Below, piece by piece: positions 12,095-23,816 of a stretch of DNA of 64,000 nucleotides. The notes beneath the pieces are model-generated. The model made no database searches and had not been told where the DNA came from. It saw nothing but the letters and a program-made list of their open reading frames with translations. Made by a program: the position numbers and the translations under genes. The DNA is from Octopus vulgaris (Eukaryota). Location: assembly GCA_951406725.2 (NCBI GenBank), contig OX597836.1, forward strand, positions 15,128,001-15,192,000, read 5' to 3'. Position 1 is the stretch's first letter, and every line of letters starts with the position of its first letter.

Positions 12095-13745
12095 TCTACT
12101 TGGCTTTTGTTGACATGGAGGAAGCCTTTGACAAGGTCCCCCGATCCCTTATCTGGTGGTCAATGCAGAAACTAGGGATAGATGTGTGGTTAGTGAGAGC
12201 TGTACAAGCCATGTATAGGGATGCTGTCAGTAAGGTGAGGGTTGGCAACGAGTACAGAGAAGAATTTCAGGTAGAGGCCTACCAAGGATCAGTCTTCAGC
12301 CCCCTCTTATTCACCATAGTCCTCCGGGCAATAACTGAGGAATCCAAGACAGGACTCCCCTGGGAGCTCCTCTATGCTGATGACGTTGCTCTAATAGCTG
12401 AGTCACTAGAAGTTTCAGGTGTGGAAGCAAGGTCTAGAATCGAAGGGCCTTAGAGTCAATCTAACAAAAACCAAAATCTTAGTAAGTATGAAGGCAGACA
12501 AATCACAAATCCCTTCAGGTAGATGGCCCTGTTCGATTTGTAGAAAAGGCATAGGTAGAAACTCCAAAAGATGTACCTGGTGTAAGCTATAGACACATAG
12601 GAGGTGCAGTAATGTCAAAGGAAGGCTAACTAGTAAGATAGTTTTTGTGTGTGGCAAATACACAGAGGCAAGGAACACTGAAAATGTGCAGAGAACAACT
12701 GTCACATGCCAAGAGGGAAAACTAGAAGTAATTGATAGCTTCTGTTACCTAGGTGACCAAGCCAATAGTGGGGGTGGATGCTCTGAGAGCATAGCTGCTT
12801 GAATAAGAATAGCCTGGGCAAATTTCAGCGAGCTCCTGCCTCTGCTAGTAACAAAGGGCCTCTCGCTCAGAGTGAAACATGGGCTGTGACAGCTGAGGAT
12901 AGTATGTAAGCACCCTGAAAGAAAAGTTGAACATAAGAAGCATCAGATGTGGTGTGCAAGAGAGATGACTGGGCTGGTATGGCCATGTGTTGCATATGGA
13001 TGAGGACAGCTGTGTGAAAAAGTGTCACACCCTAACAGTGGAGAGAACCTGTGGAAGAGGTAGACTCAGGAAGACTTGGGATGAGGTGGTGAAGTGTGTT
13101 CTTCAAACGTTGGGCCTCACAGAAGCAATGACAAGTGACCAAGACCTTTGGAGATATGCTGTGATTGAGAAGACCGGGCAAGCCAAGTGAAACCATAACT
13201 GTGGCCTATGCCAGTGTAGCATAACCAGTCCATTTAAGAGTACCCTTCAGTCATTGGGCAATAAACTGTGCTTGAGAAGACCTATTGAGTCAAGTGAAAT
13301 TGTTGTCGTAGCTGACGCCAGTACTGCCTGACTGGCACGTAAAAAGCACCATTCGAGCATAGTCGATGTCAGTCCCACCTGACTGGCTTCCATGCCAGTG
13401 GCATGTAAAATACACCATATGAATGTGGTCAAATCTAGTACTGCCTGACTCATGCTGGTGGCACATAAAACGCACCATTCGAGCATGGTCATTGCCAGTG
13501 CCACCTGACTGGCACCTGCTCCAGTGACACATAAAAAGCACTGAATGTGGTCAATGCCAGTATCGCCTGGCTGTCCCCTGTGCTTGTGGCATGCAAAAAG
13601 CACCCACTAAACTCTCAGAGTGGTTGGTGTTAGGAAGGGCATCCAGCTGTGGAAACATTTCCAGATCAGATTGGAGCCTGGTGCAGCCTTCTGGTTTACC
13701 AGTGCTCAATCAAACCGTCCAACTCATGATGATGATGATGATGAT
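12095..13745 (+). mobile_element. Decayed 5'-truncated RTE-clade LINE (RT, C-terminus, repeat-rich 3' UTR, (GAT)n tail)
   Basis: AFVDMEEAFDKVPR, QGSVFSPLLF, LLYADD, FCYLG and GRGRLRKTW with stops and frameshifts; about 60-bp tandem units in the UTR. Confidence 0.92.
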
Positions 13746-14009
13746 TCACTGGTTTGATTTCCACTCATTTACTTATTTATTTTTCTAAAATTTTCATTGC
13801 ATTGTGCAACCTTTTCAATAGCTGAGAGCCAACGGCTATTGAAAAGGTTGCAAGATAATTTTAGAAAATAATAAATATGCAAATGAGTGGAAATCAAACC
13901 AGTGAGTGTGTTAAATAATAAGGCACTGAAAGTGAATGACTCTCTCCAGACACAACAAAATATCCTTCAACACACGAATTCACATAAAGAATCTTGAAAA
14001 CCAAATACA

Positions 14010-14050
<41 letters not shown>

Positions 14051-14225
14051 TGTCTGGGGTGAGTCATTTTTTTTGTGCCTTATAATGTAACACACTGGTA
14101 AGTGTGTTACATTATAAGGCACAAAAAGAAAATGACTCTCCTCAGACACAACAGAATATGCTTCAACACACGAACTCACATAAAGAATCTTGCAAGCCAA
14201 ATCCCAAAACGAAATATATATATAT

Positions 14226-14450
14226 ACGTAAAAGGGGTGCCGATAAGTTCTTAGCTTCAAGCATATTTTGAAAGGCTTAGTTGGAGGCCCAACATTCCGA
14301 GTTCTTTTACAGGGCTTAGAAAAACTGAAGGACCGTTGCAATAAGTGTGTGAATCTGAGAGAGGGGAATATCTTCAATAAAATCATAATTAACTGATCCT
14401 CCTCTATTTCCTTTTACCCAAAGCCAGGAACTTCCCAGCACTCCCTCGTA
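14226..14450. mobile_element. Mariner-type MITE (same family, opposite orientation)
   Basis: Reverse complement of the 3770 copy, ending ccagcactccctcgta. Confidence 0.7.
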
Positions 14451-14736
14451 TCTGTCTATCTATCTATCTAATTTTTTTCACAACAAATTCCTATAGAATC
14501 AGTATCTATACCATATGAAATGTGTATTTTCAGCAGCCCCTCTTATACTGACTTAGAATAAATTTTGAAAATAATAAAGAATTTAGTAAAATAATTTTAT
14601 TATAAGCTGGTATTTGCAAAATAAATGAACATCATATTTTGATGGAATAAGATTTAAATTAGATCTCTTTAAATCAGGAAGTTTATATTACAGAACCAAG
14701 AAAAGCAGTCTCGGACAGGTTGGTAATAAGAAGGGT

Positions 14737-14961
14737 TAACCCTTTAGTATTTAAACCGGCCATATCCGGCCAAAATAGTTAATCTGTTTTATGTTCAAAC
14801 TGACCAGATCCAGGCTCTCACACTTACCCTACAATGTTATTCTACATTAGGTAATTACACCATCAAGATCTTGAAGATATGAGATAATGCATGATTAATT
14901 CAAATCAATGGGAATCAATAGGTATTATGTTTGATTGAATAATCTGAACACTAAAGGGTTA
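14737..14961. mobile_element. piggyBac-type MITE
   Basis: TTAA-cccttta...taaaggg-TTAA ends; further copies at about 10833, 18207, 25848, 28767, 36156, 49497 and 62120, several split by SINEs. Confidence 0.75.
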
Positions 14962-15267
14962 ATTAATGTCATTACTATGTACCCTTAAAAAACATGGTGA
15001 TCATGCCTCTAATAAAAGGTCTGCTCGTTCTGAATTAGTGTTGATCTGAGGCTAAATAACAGCAACAGCGAAACTTCATACACATCCTTCCATATCCAGC
15101 AACATTTACGCGTTAGGTCGACTCAACCTTAATTGTCAACCTGTCCCCATTAGAGATTTAATTCCTCGCTTCACCAAGTGTAGTTATCTCCCCTACACTG
15201 GCTCTCTTTCACCCATTCATTGACTCCTGGATAAGTTTCGACGACAGGACTCTTAACCATCCTGGGG

Positions 15268-15668
15268 CTTTACTCTTTTACTTGTTTCAGTCATTTGACT
15301 GTGGCCATGCTGGAGCACACCGCCTTTAGTCGAGCAAATCGACCCCAGGACTTATTCTTTATAACCCTAGTACTTATTCTATCGGTCTGTTTTGCCGAAC
15401 CGCTAAGTTACGGCGACGTAAACACACCAGCATCGGTTGTCAAGCGATGTTGGGGGGGGGGACAAACACAGACACAAAAACACACACACACACACATATA
15501 TACATATATACGACGGGCTTCTTTCAGTTTCCGTCTACCAAATCCACTCACAAAGCTTTGGTTAGCCCGAGGCTATAGTAGACGACACTTGCGCAAGATG
15601 CCATGCAGTGGGACTGAACCCAGAACCATGTGGTTGGTAAGCAAGCTACTTACCACACAGCCACTCCT
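15268..15668 (-). mobile_element. SINE family A
   Basis: Reverse-complement copy. Confidence 0.85.
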
Positions 15669-15709
15669 ACACCTTAGCGGTATTTTATCTACACCTTAGC
15701 GGTATTTTA

Positions 15710-16250
15710 TAAGGCGGCGAACTGGCAGACACGTTAGCGCGCCGGGCGAAATGCTTTGCGGTATTTCGTCTCCCGTTACGTTCTGAGTTCAAATTCCGCC
15801 GAGGTCGACTTTGCCTTTCATCCTTTCGGGGTCGATAAATTAAGTACCAGTTACGCACTGGGGTCGATGTAATCGACTTAATACCTATGTCTGTCCTTGT
15901 TTGTCCCCTCTGTGTTTAGCCCCTTGTGGGTAATAAAGAAATAGGTATTTTATCTGCTCTTATGTTCTGAGTTCAAATTCCACCGAGGTCGACTTTGCCT
16001 TTCATCCTTTCGGGGTCGATTAAATAAGTACCAATTACACATTTTAGTCAATGTATTCGATTTAATCCCTTTATCTGTCCCCTCTATGTTTAGCACAATA
16101 AATATTGAGTTGAAATTCTGCTGAGGTCGACATTGTCTTTCATCCTTTCGGAGGTCAATAAAATTAAGTACCAGTTGCTTACTGGGGTCATTGTAATCGA
16201 CTGGCCCCCCTCCCTCAAAATTTTGGGCCTTGTGCCTAGAGTAGAAAAAA
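15710..16250 (+). mobile_element. SINE family B, tandem units
   Basis: ggcggcgaactggcag head, gagttcaaattcc B box, core gtcgactttgcctttcatcctttcggggtcgataaattaagtaccag; also at 1-170, 16970-17425, 27193, 45055, 46740 and 55300. Confidence 0.75.
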
Positions 16251-16589
16251 TAAGAAGGGTGCAAGTGTACCACTTTGTGATACTTCCACCCGAATATCAG
16301 AAAGTCTGTATCACCATCAGGAGATTACAGCACCCTGTTCTGCATGCTTATACGGCATTATGACTGCTTCCATTGTTTCCTGCAGTATTCTGCAAATCCC
16401 CAATATTTCGACCATCTTTATTTGGAACCACTTGAATACTCCGGAAGGTGCTTGGAAAATAAGAGGTGTTACCTTAGTTCACTGATAGTGAACAGCTGAC
16501 ACTATAGTACATATCCAGCGTTAGGAGCTGTGCAAAAGTTATAATAATAATAATAATAATAATGATGTTTCAAATTTTGTCAGCAATGT

Positions 16590-16930
16590 GATGTTCAAGA
16601 ACAGGAAAGTAGCTGGTCTGGATGAGATGTCCCCTGAAGTCCTAAATCAAAGACCTTCCAGAAGTCCACAAAGAGCAACAAAAGGCTTCTAAGTTCCTTC
16701 CTTTCAATCGTTTGATTCTTTGCACAGATAATATCCAAGTGTTGATCAGGTTCTTTATGAATCCATTTTGGTTTGGACAAAGAACTTTCCCCATTTCAGG
16801 TTGGACTTGATTATGCATCATTGCACTGTAAATTTTAGCAACAATAGCCACAAGAGCAATACCTCTGTAGTTGGTGGTCAGAAAACGGTGTCCTTTCTTT
16901 GGAAACAAGAGAGTGCATCCTTCTTTCCAG
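16590..16930 (-). mobile_element. RTE-like LINE RT fragment
   Basis: FPKKG..TNYRGIAL..IVAKIY...QNGF, then LFVDF.KVFD after a frameshift. Confidence 0.8.
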
Positions 16931-18404
16931 ACCTATATTGCACTTTGGTTGTATGCATTATTGCATCATGGTGAGCTGGTAGAACCATGCCAGACAAAAT
17001 GCTAAGCAGTATTTTGTCCATCTTTACATTCTGAGCTCAAATTCTGCCATGGTCATCGACTTCCCCTTTCATCTTTTCAGGGTCAATAAAATAAGTACCA
17101 GTCATGTACTGAGGTCAATGTAATGACTTCCTTTTCTTTTCAAAAACTGCTGACCTTGTTCCAAAATGTGAAACCATCATCATCATCATCATCATTATTA
17201 TTATTATTATTGAGCTGGCAGACTTGTTAGCATGCCAGGCAAAATGTTTAAGTGACATTTTGTCTGTCTTCGTGTTCTGAGTTCAAATTCCACTGAGCTT
17301 GACATAGTCTTTCATATTTTCGGGGTTGATAAAATAATACCAGTCAAGTATTGGGGTTGATGTAATTGACTAGCCCCTTTTCCCCAAAATTTCAGGCCTT
17401 GTGCTTATAATGGAAAGGATTATTATTGCTTGTGTGGACATAAGGTTTGTTCCCAAAGGTTTGTTCAATTTTCTTAGAATAATTTGTGAATTTGTGTACT
17501 ACCAAAAGTTTATCATTGATTTGTGAAATAAGAACTTCTACTCCACTGGGTACATGGAGGCACATGGCCAAGTGGTCAGAGCAATGGACTCGCAGTCGAG
17601 GGATCGCGGGTTCAAATCTCAGACTGGGCGATGTGTGCGTTTATGAGCAAAATACCTAAGCTCCACATGGCTCCGGCAGAAGGTAATGGCGAACTTCTGC
17701 TGACTCTTTCATCACAACTTTCTCTCCCTCTTTCCTCCTGCATCTTGCAGCTCACCTGCGATGGACCAGCGTCCTGTCCAGGTGGGGAACCTATATGCCA
17801 AGGAAACTGGGAAACCGGCATGGCTTGAGGAGGAACAAGCAACTCCACTGGGTGGGGTGGGAAACTGCCAAACATGTCGTAAAAAATAGTTTCTATAATA
17901 AATATTACTTTTTGTTAATTATTTTTTCTTGTTGAAATTATGGCATTGTTAACACCCACCAACACTTTTGATGAGTCAGTGGTAGGAAAAACCTTTTAGT
18001 GCTACCAGTTTCATGACTGAACAAACAATGGTTGTGATAATGTTTTCTCAACGACACACGCAACAATGAGACTTGCAGTAACAACAACAACAATGCCAGA
18101 GACAGCAACAATAATTACAAAAATATTTACAACAAAAGAAGTGGTATAGGCAAGTAAAGTTTTTGCAGAGATAGCAAGAAAATCAAATAAGCACCTGATG
18201 CCCTCTTTAACTGTTTAGAATTCAGATTAATCTGTCAAATATTATACTTATTTATTCACAGTTTTGAGTTAATCATGTATTATTTTGCAGCTTTGAGATT
18301 TCAACAATATGATTGTATATTTTCAGGAAGACATTGTAGAGTATTTGTGAGAGACTGAATCTGGCTAGGTTGACCATAGAACAGGTAGAATATTTTTGCT
18401 AGAT

Positions 18405-18800
18405 AGGAGTGGCTGTGTGGTAAGTAGCTTGCTTACAAACCACATGGTTCCGGGTTCAGTCCCACTGCGTGGCACCTTGGGCAAGTGTCTTCTACTATAG
18501 CCTCGGGCCGACCAAAGCCTTGTGAGTGGATTTGGTAGACGGAAACTGAAAGAAGCCCGTCGTATATATGTGTATATATATATATGTATGTTTGTGTGTC
18601 TGTGTTTGTGCCCCCAACATCGCTTGACAACCGATGCTGGTGCGTTTATGTCACCATAACTTAGCGGTTCAGCAAAAGAAACCAATAGAATAAGTACTAG
18701 ACTTACAAAGAATAAGTCCTGGTGTCGATTTGCTTGACTAAAGGCGGTGCTCCAGCATGGCCACAGTCAAATTACTGAAACAAGTAAAAGAGTAAAGAGA
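18405..18800 (+). mobile_element. SINE family A (inside a piggyBac MITE)
   Basis: Head aggagtggctgtgtgg to gtaaaagagtaaag tail. Confidence 0.85.
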
Positions 18801-19289
18801 GAGTAAGAGAGTATGGCTGGTTTAAATACTAAAGAATTAAACAAGAAAGAAGTCCATCTGGTATAAGTGAAACACCCTGTAATGGTGATTGGGAAGAATG
18901 CACAAATCACCATATCAGTCAAGGTTTTGGTACCAACATATGGAAGATGGTAGTGTATTGTGAGTCTTGTGCAACCTGACACTGTGCCACCTCAAACAGT
19001 TTGAAGTATATAGATATAGTGAATAAGCAATTTATCAGTATTGCAAAAAGGCTGCTAGGCTGAATAAAATTCAAATTATGCAATAGAAACGGCTTCAGTT
19101 TAGATCTTTATCTATTTGACATACTTAAATGTATACTTTCAGTTTCTATCTACCAAATCCACTCACAAGGCTTTGGTTGGCCCAAGGCTGTAGTAGAAGA
19201 TACTTACCCGGCATGCCATGCAATGGGACTGAACACAGAATCATGTGGCTGGGAAGCAAACTTCTTACCACACATCCCAGCCTGCACCT

Positions 19290-19322
19290 ATATATGTATA
19301 TATATATATATATATATATGTA

Positions 19323-19355
<33 letters not shown>

Positions 19356-19385
19356 GATAAATATATATATATATATATATGTATA

Positions 19386-19460
<75 letters not shown>

Positions 19461-19461
19461 G

Positions 19462-19501
<40 letters not shown>

Positions 19502-19559
19502 TGTATATATATGTGTATATATATATATATGTATATGTATATTATATGTATGTGTATAT

Positions 19560-19591
<32 letters not shown>

Positions 19592-19610
19592 GTATATATA
19601 TATGTATATA

Positions 19611-19669
<59 letters not shown>

Positions 19670-19682
19670 GTGTATATATATA
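19290..19682. repeat. Long compound (TA)n/(TG)n microsatellite
   Basis: About 390 bp of tata/tgta. Confidence 0.95.
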
Positions 19683-19764
19683 TTTTTTTTTTTCTTATTT
19701 TTTCTTTCCCAGTCTGTCTTGATAGACAAGGGTGGGGCCTACTTTGATGATGTGCATATATATA

Positions 19765-19823
<59 letters not shown>

Positions 19824-20243
19824 TTGTTCAAAGGTGTCTGATGGCTGTGCTACTGGTGGTGGTGCTGGTGCTGGTGGGTGGCCTGCACAGCAGTAATGCT
19901 TGAATATTTCTTGTTTTTCATATTGTTTTCTCCATGATAAGGACACATGACATTTATGGTCTGCTTTATATATTGTTGATTTCTTTTTATTCATTTTTTT
20001 TTATTTTTCAGATAATATTATATCCTAATATGGAAATTTACAATAGCCTTTTCTTTATTTCTATTTTTACAACATTTACCTTAAAAAGAAAAAAAAGAAA
20101 AAAAAAATCAAGTGGGAAATAGGTATAATATTTGTTTAGAAATGTAGTTTGTGCATTGTGTATATACATATTGCAGGGATCGACACAATTTTTCAGAATG
20201 TCACCCCGAGCTGACTGGCTGAAACCAGTAACTCTGTGTGTGT

Positions 20244-20278
<35 letters not shown>

Positions 20279-20497
20279 ACTAATGTAGGATAAAAATTTT
20301 TTCGGGAAAAAAATTTTATCAATGGCCAGTATATCAAAAAATACCTTTAAAGGTTAAATTTATAAATAATTTACAAGATAAGGGCAAAAGAAAAATTCTA
20401 ATGCCAAATATACCGAAAAAAAGACAAAACTTTTCAATAACCATTATAATTTATGCGTCTCGAAACAAACCAATAGAAATCTCTAAAAAATTCGTTA

Positions 20498-20558
20498 TTA
20501 CCGTATTGGTCCAATTTCGGGGTTAATTAATAATAAATTTTCCCCTCTTCAGCGGCAA
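20498..20558 (-). ncRNA. Type I hammerhead ribozyme motif with intact core
   Basis: ttgccg-CTGAAGA-GGGG(19 nt)CCCC-GAAA-TTGGACCAA-TA-cggtaa; stems I, II and III all pair. Confidence 0.75.
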
Positions 20559-21011
20559 ATACGCGAGATATAAGTGAAATACGTACTCATACCCATGGAA
20601 AAAGCAAGCACTAAGTCCTGAGCAGACCTAAGTACCCCAAATATATCCAAAATTCTTTTGCCCTTATCTTGTATATATATATATATATATAAGTAAGTTA
20701 GGGGTTGTGGATCCAACCCACTAAGGGATAATCCAATATACTGTTGGTATAATACCCGAATTATTTATACACAAATGTTTTTAATTGCAATGCAATAAAC
20801 TTACTTATTGTATTAAATAGGTGAAGGTAAAGAAATATTTGACCATTAATTTTATTACAAATAAGAAAATGGAGAAACACTTTAGCTGGTTCATCAGCTT
20901 TAGGATATTAGAATGTTGTCTTATTTAATTAACTAAACTACAACCATAACATTCTAATATCCTAAAGCTGATGATGAACCAACTAATGTGTTTCTCCATT
21001 TTCTATTTGTA

Positions 21012-21042
<31 letters not shown>

Positions 21043-21764
21043 GGTCCCGGGTTGATTCGGGGTTAACCACAGTAAGTAAGGTACTCAATACATAGCAGAG
21101 TAAAATTAATTTATTATATAGAAGGAGTTTAAGGACTAGTACTGTTTCATTTGAAACAGTACTAGTCCTGTAGAAGCTCCTTCTATATAATAAATATATA
21201 TATATATATATATATATATGAAAGAAGGTTTGAAAATGCAATTTTAAAGATGTTTATTCACTTGACTGGTTTAACTTTTTTTAGAAAAAGATTGTCAAAA
21301 GTAAAATGAAAAGCTTTGTGTGTTAAGTATTGGTTGTCACAAAATATTACAATTCATATTATATACATTCTTTGATAATAATAAGAAAATGTTAAAAATA
21401 GCTTTTAACGTTTTCTTATTATTATCAAAGAACATCTATATGTATTGTAATATTTTGTGACAACCAGTACTTAACACAACAAAGCCTTTATAAAGCTTTT
21501 CATTTTACTTTTGACAATTTTTTCTAGAAAAGTGAAAGCAGTCAAGTGAATAAACGTCTTTTAAAATTGCCTTTTCAAACTTTCTTTCATATATATTTCC
21601 ACTCATGCGGTACCTTACAATTTCACTTTGCTATATATATATATATGTGTGTGCGTGTGTGTGTGTATACAGGCATAACTTGCCATAAGCCGTTTCAATT
21701 TAAGTTGTTTTCAATTATACATTGATTTTCAAAATTAATAGGTATATGTCGTCTTCTTTGATGC

Positions 21765-22135
21765 GAGTGGCTGTGTGGTAAGTAGCTTGCTAACCAACCA
21801 CATGGTTCTGGGTTCAGTCCCACTGCGTGGCATCTTGGGCAAGTGTCTTCTGCTATAGCCCCGGGCTGACCAATGCCTTGTGAGTGGATTTGGTAGTCGG
21901 AAACTGAAAGAAGCCTGTCGTATATATATATATATGTCTGTGCTTGTTCCCCTAGCATTGCTTGACAACCGATGCTGGTGTGTTTACGTCCCCATCACTT
22001 AGCGGTTCGGCAAAAAGAGACCGATAGAATAAGTACTGGGCTTACAAAAAGAATAAGTCCCGGGGTCGAGTTGCTCGACTAAAGGTGGTGCTCCAGCATG
22101 GCCGCGGTCAAATGACTGAAACAAGTAAAAGAGTA
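21765..22135 (+). mobile_element. SINE family A
   Basis: Family match. Confidence 0.85.
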
Positions 22136-22149
22136 AGTCGATATTGCAT

Positions 22150-22390
22150 TTCTGTGGCAGATGGCAGAGCTAGGGTTTGGAGAAGAAGGTATGAATGTCA
22201 TGCCAATGGCTTTGTGGTGGAGAGAGACTCATGAGGAGGACAGAACATCATGATATGGGGTGAGATTTCACTCAACCAGAAACTTGGACCAGTGGTCTTC
22301 CAAAACATCAACCAAGGCTGGGGCAATGGAATAATCACTGCTTGCTACATCGACCAAGTGTTGAGGCCTCACATTGTGCACTACTTTGCC
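22150..22390 (+). mobile_element. Tc1-like transposase fragment (pseudogene)
   Basis: DGRARVWRRR...*GGQNIMIWGEIS...YIDQVLRPHIV, Tc1 DDE-domain signatures with an internal stop. Confidence 0.85.
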
Positions 22391-22850
22391 CCCGAAAGGA
22401 TGAAAGGCAAAGTCGACCTCAGTGGAATTTGAACTCAGAACATAAAGACAGACGAAATACCTGTTTCTTTACTACCCACAAGGGGCTAAACACAGAAGGG
22501 ACAAACGGATTAAGTTGATTATATCGACCCCAGTGCGTAACTGGTACTTATTTAATCGACCCCAAAAAGATGAAAGGCAAAGTCGACCTCGGCGGAATTT
22601 GAACTCAGAACGTAGTGGCAGACGAAATACCTATTTCTTTACTACCCACAAGGGGCTAAACACAGAAGGGACAAACGGATTAAGTTGATTATATCGACCC
22701 CAGTGCATAACTGGTACTTATTTAATCGATCCCGAAAGGATGAAAGGCAAAGTCGACCTCGGCGGAATTTGAACTCAGAATGTAGCGGCAGACGAAATAC
22801 CACAAAGCATTTCTCCCGGTGCGCTAATGTTTCTGCCAGCTCGCCACCTT
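22385..22850 (-). mobile_element. SINE family B, tandem units
   Basis: Three head-to-tail partial copies. Confidence 0.75.
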
Positions 22851-23420
22851 ACCATACAGCTACGCCTACACCTATGCATCATGTCAGCTAATATCCACTT
22901 TTCAATGCTTGCATGGATCAGATAGAGTGTCTTCCTGGCTGCTTTTTTTATGGCTTGATGCACTTCCTGTTGCCAACTCTCACATTTGCAAGCAATGTAA
23001 TATTTTCCCCATGGCCAGATGTGTTCTTGCAGAATATTTCAAATGAACGACATTGCTTGTATTTTCAATTTTTCAAGTATTACATATCAAGACATGGAAA
23101 CACACTGACACACACAAGTAAGCATATGAATGCAAAACAAAGTGGGGGAAAAATACCAAAGGTACAACGGTTGAGTAATTTTTGCTTTTATTAAAGCTGA
23201 GAAAAAATTTCACAAACTGTTACTCAAAAGTTTCACATTACCATTTGTCAGACAGTTATATCATGTTGCCCGATGTGCGTGTGTGTGTATCAAATTAAAT
23301 ACACAACCAAACGAGCGACTAATAGCTTCATCCTGTAATGACACTTGAATAGGCATATTTATAAAATATCTCGTGTATCTTAAAGCAATTTTTCATGCTC
23401 TGTTTATGCATTATATATAA

Positions 23421-23816
23421 CTAGCAGTATCGCCCGGCGTTGCTCGGGTTTGTAAGGGAAATTACTATATAAGCATTTTTAGAGATGTAAAGTATAATAG
23501 CCATTTCAATATGGCTAACCACAAAGGGGGGGGGGTCACTGTAGCTTTTTACGTCCTGAGATTTAATAATAAATTTTTAGAGAGTTACTTTCCTTATATA
23601 TGCCAAAAATGCATTAAAAATGGGAAAAACTGATGGTAAATTTTTTTTAAATCGTAGACTCATCGTAGACGCGCGCTAATACCCAGAAGGGTTCGATATG
23701 AATCACGACTATAAGATACCCGGTTTTGGTTAAACTGCACCACAAAATGTGGGAGTAGTTAGGAATCTAAATCGTAGGAGACAGACAGCGCACAACCTCA
23801 CTTTTATATATAAAGA
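23421..23816 (-). mobile_element. Non-autonomous Helitron
   Basis: Minus strand starts with TC and ends with hairpin cccgagcaacgccggg then CTAG, inserted between A and T; second copy at 47040. Confidence 0.85.

Noticed and set aside
19245-19841. Long ORFs of YI/IY repeats (also at 446-839, 53680-54182 and elsewhere)
   Set aside because: Translations of (TA)n/(TG)n microsatellites with no protein signal.
20203-20236. gagCTGAC...GAAAccagTA as a hammerhead
   Set aside because: The core is truncated and stems I and II cannot be formed convincingly; at most a relic.
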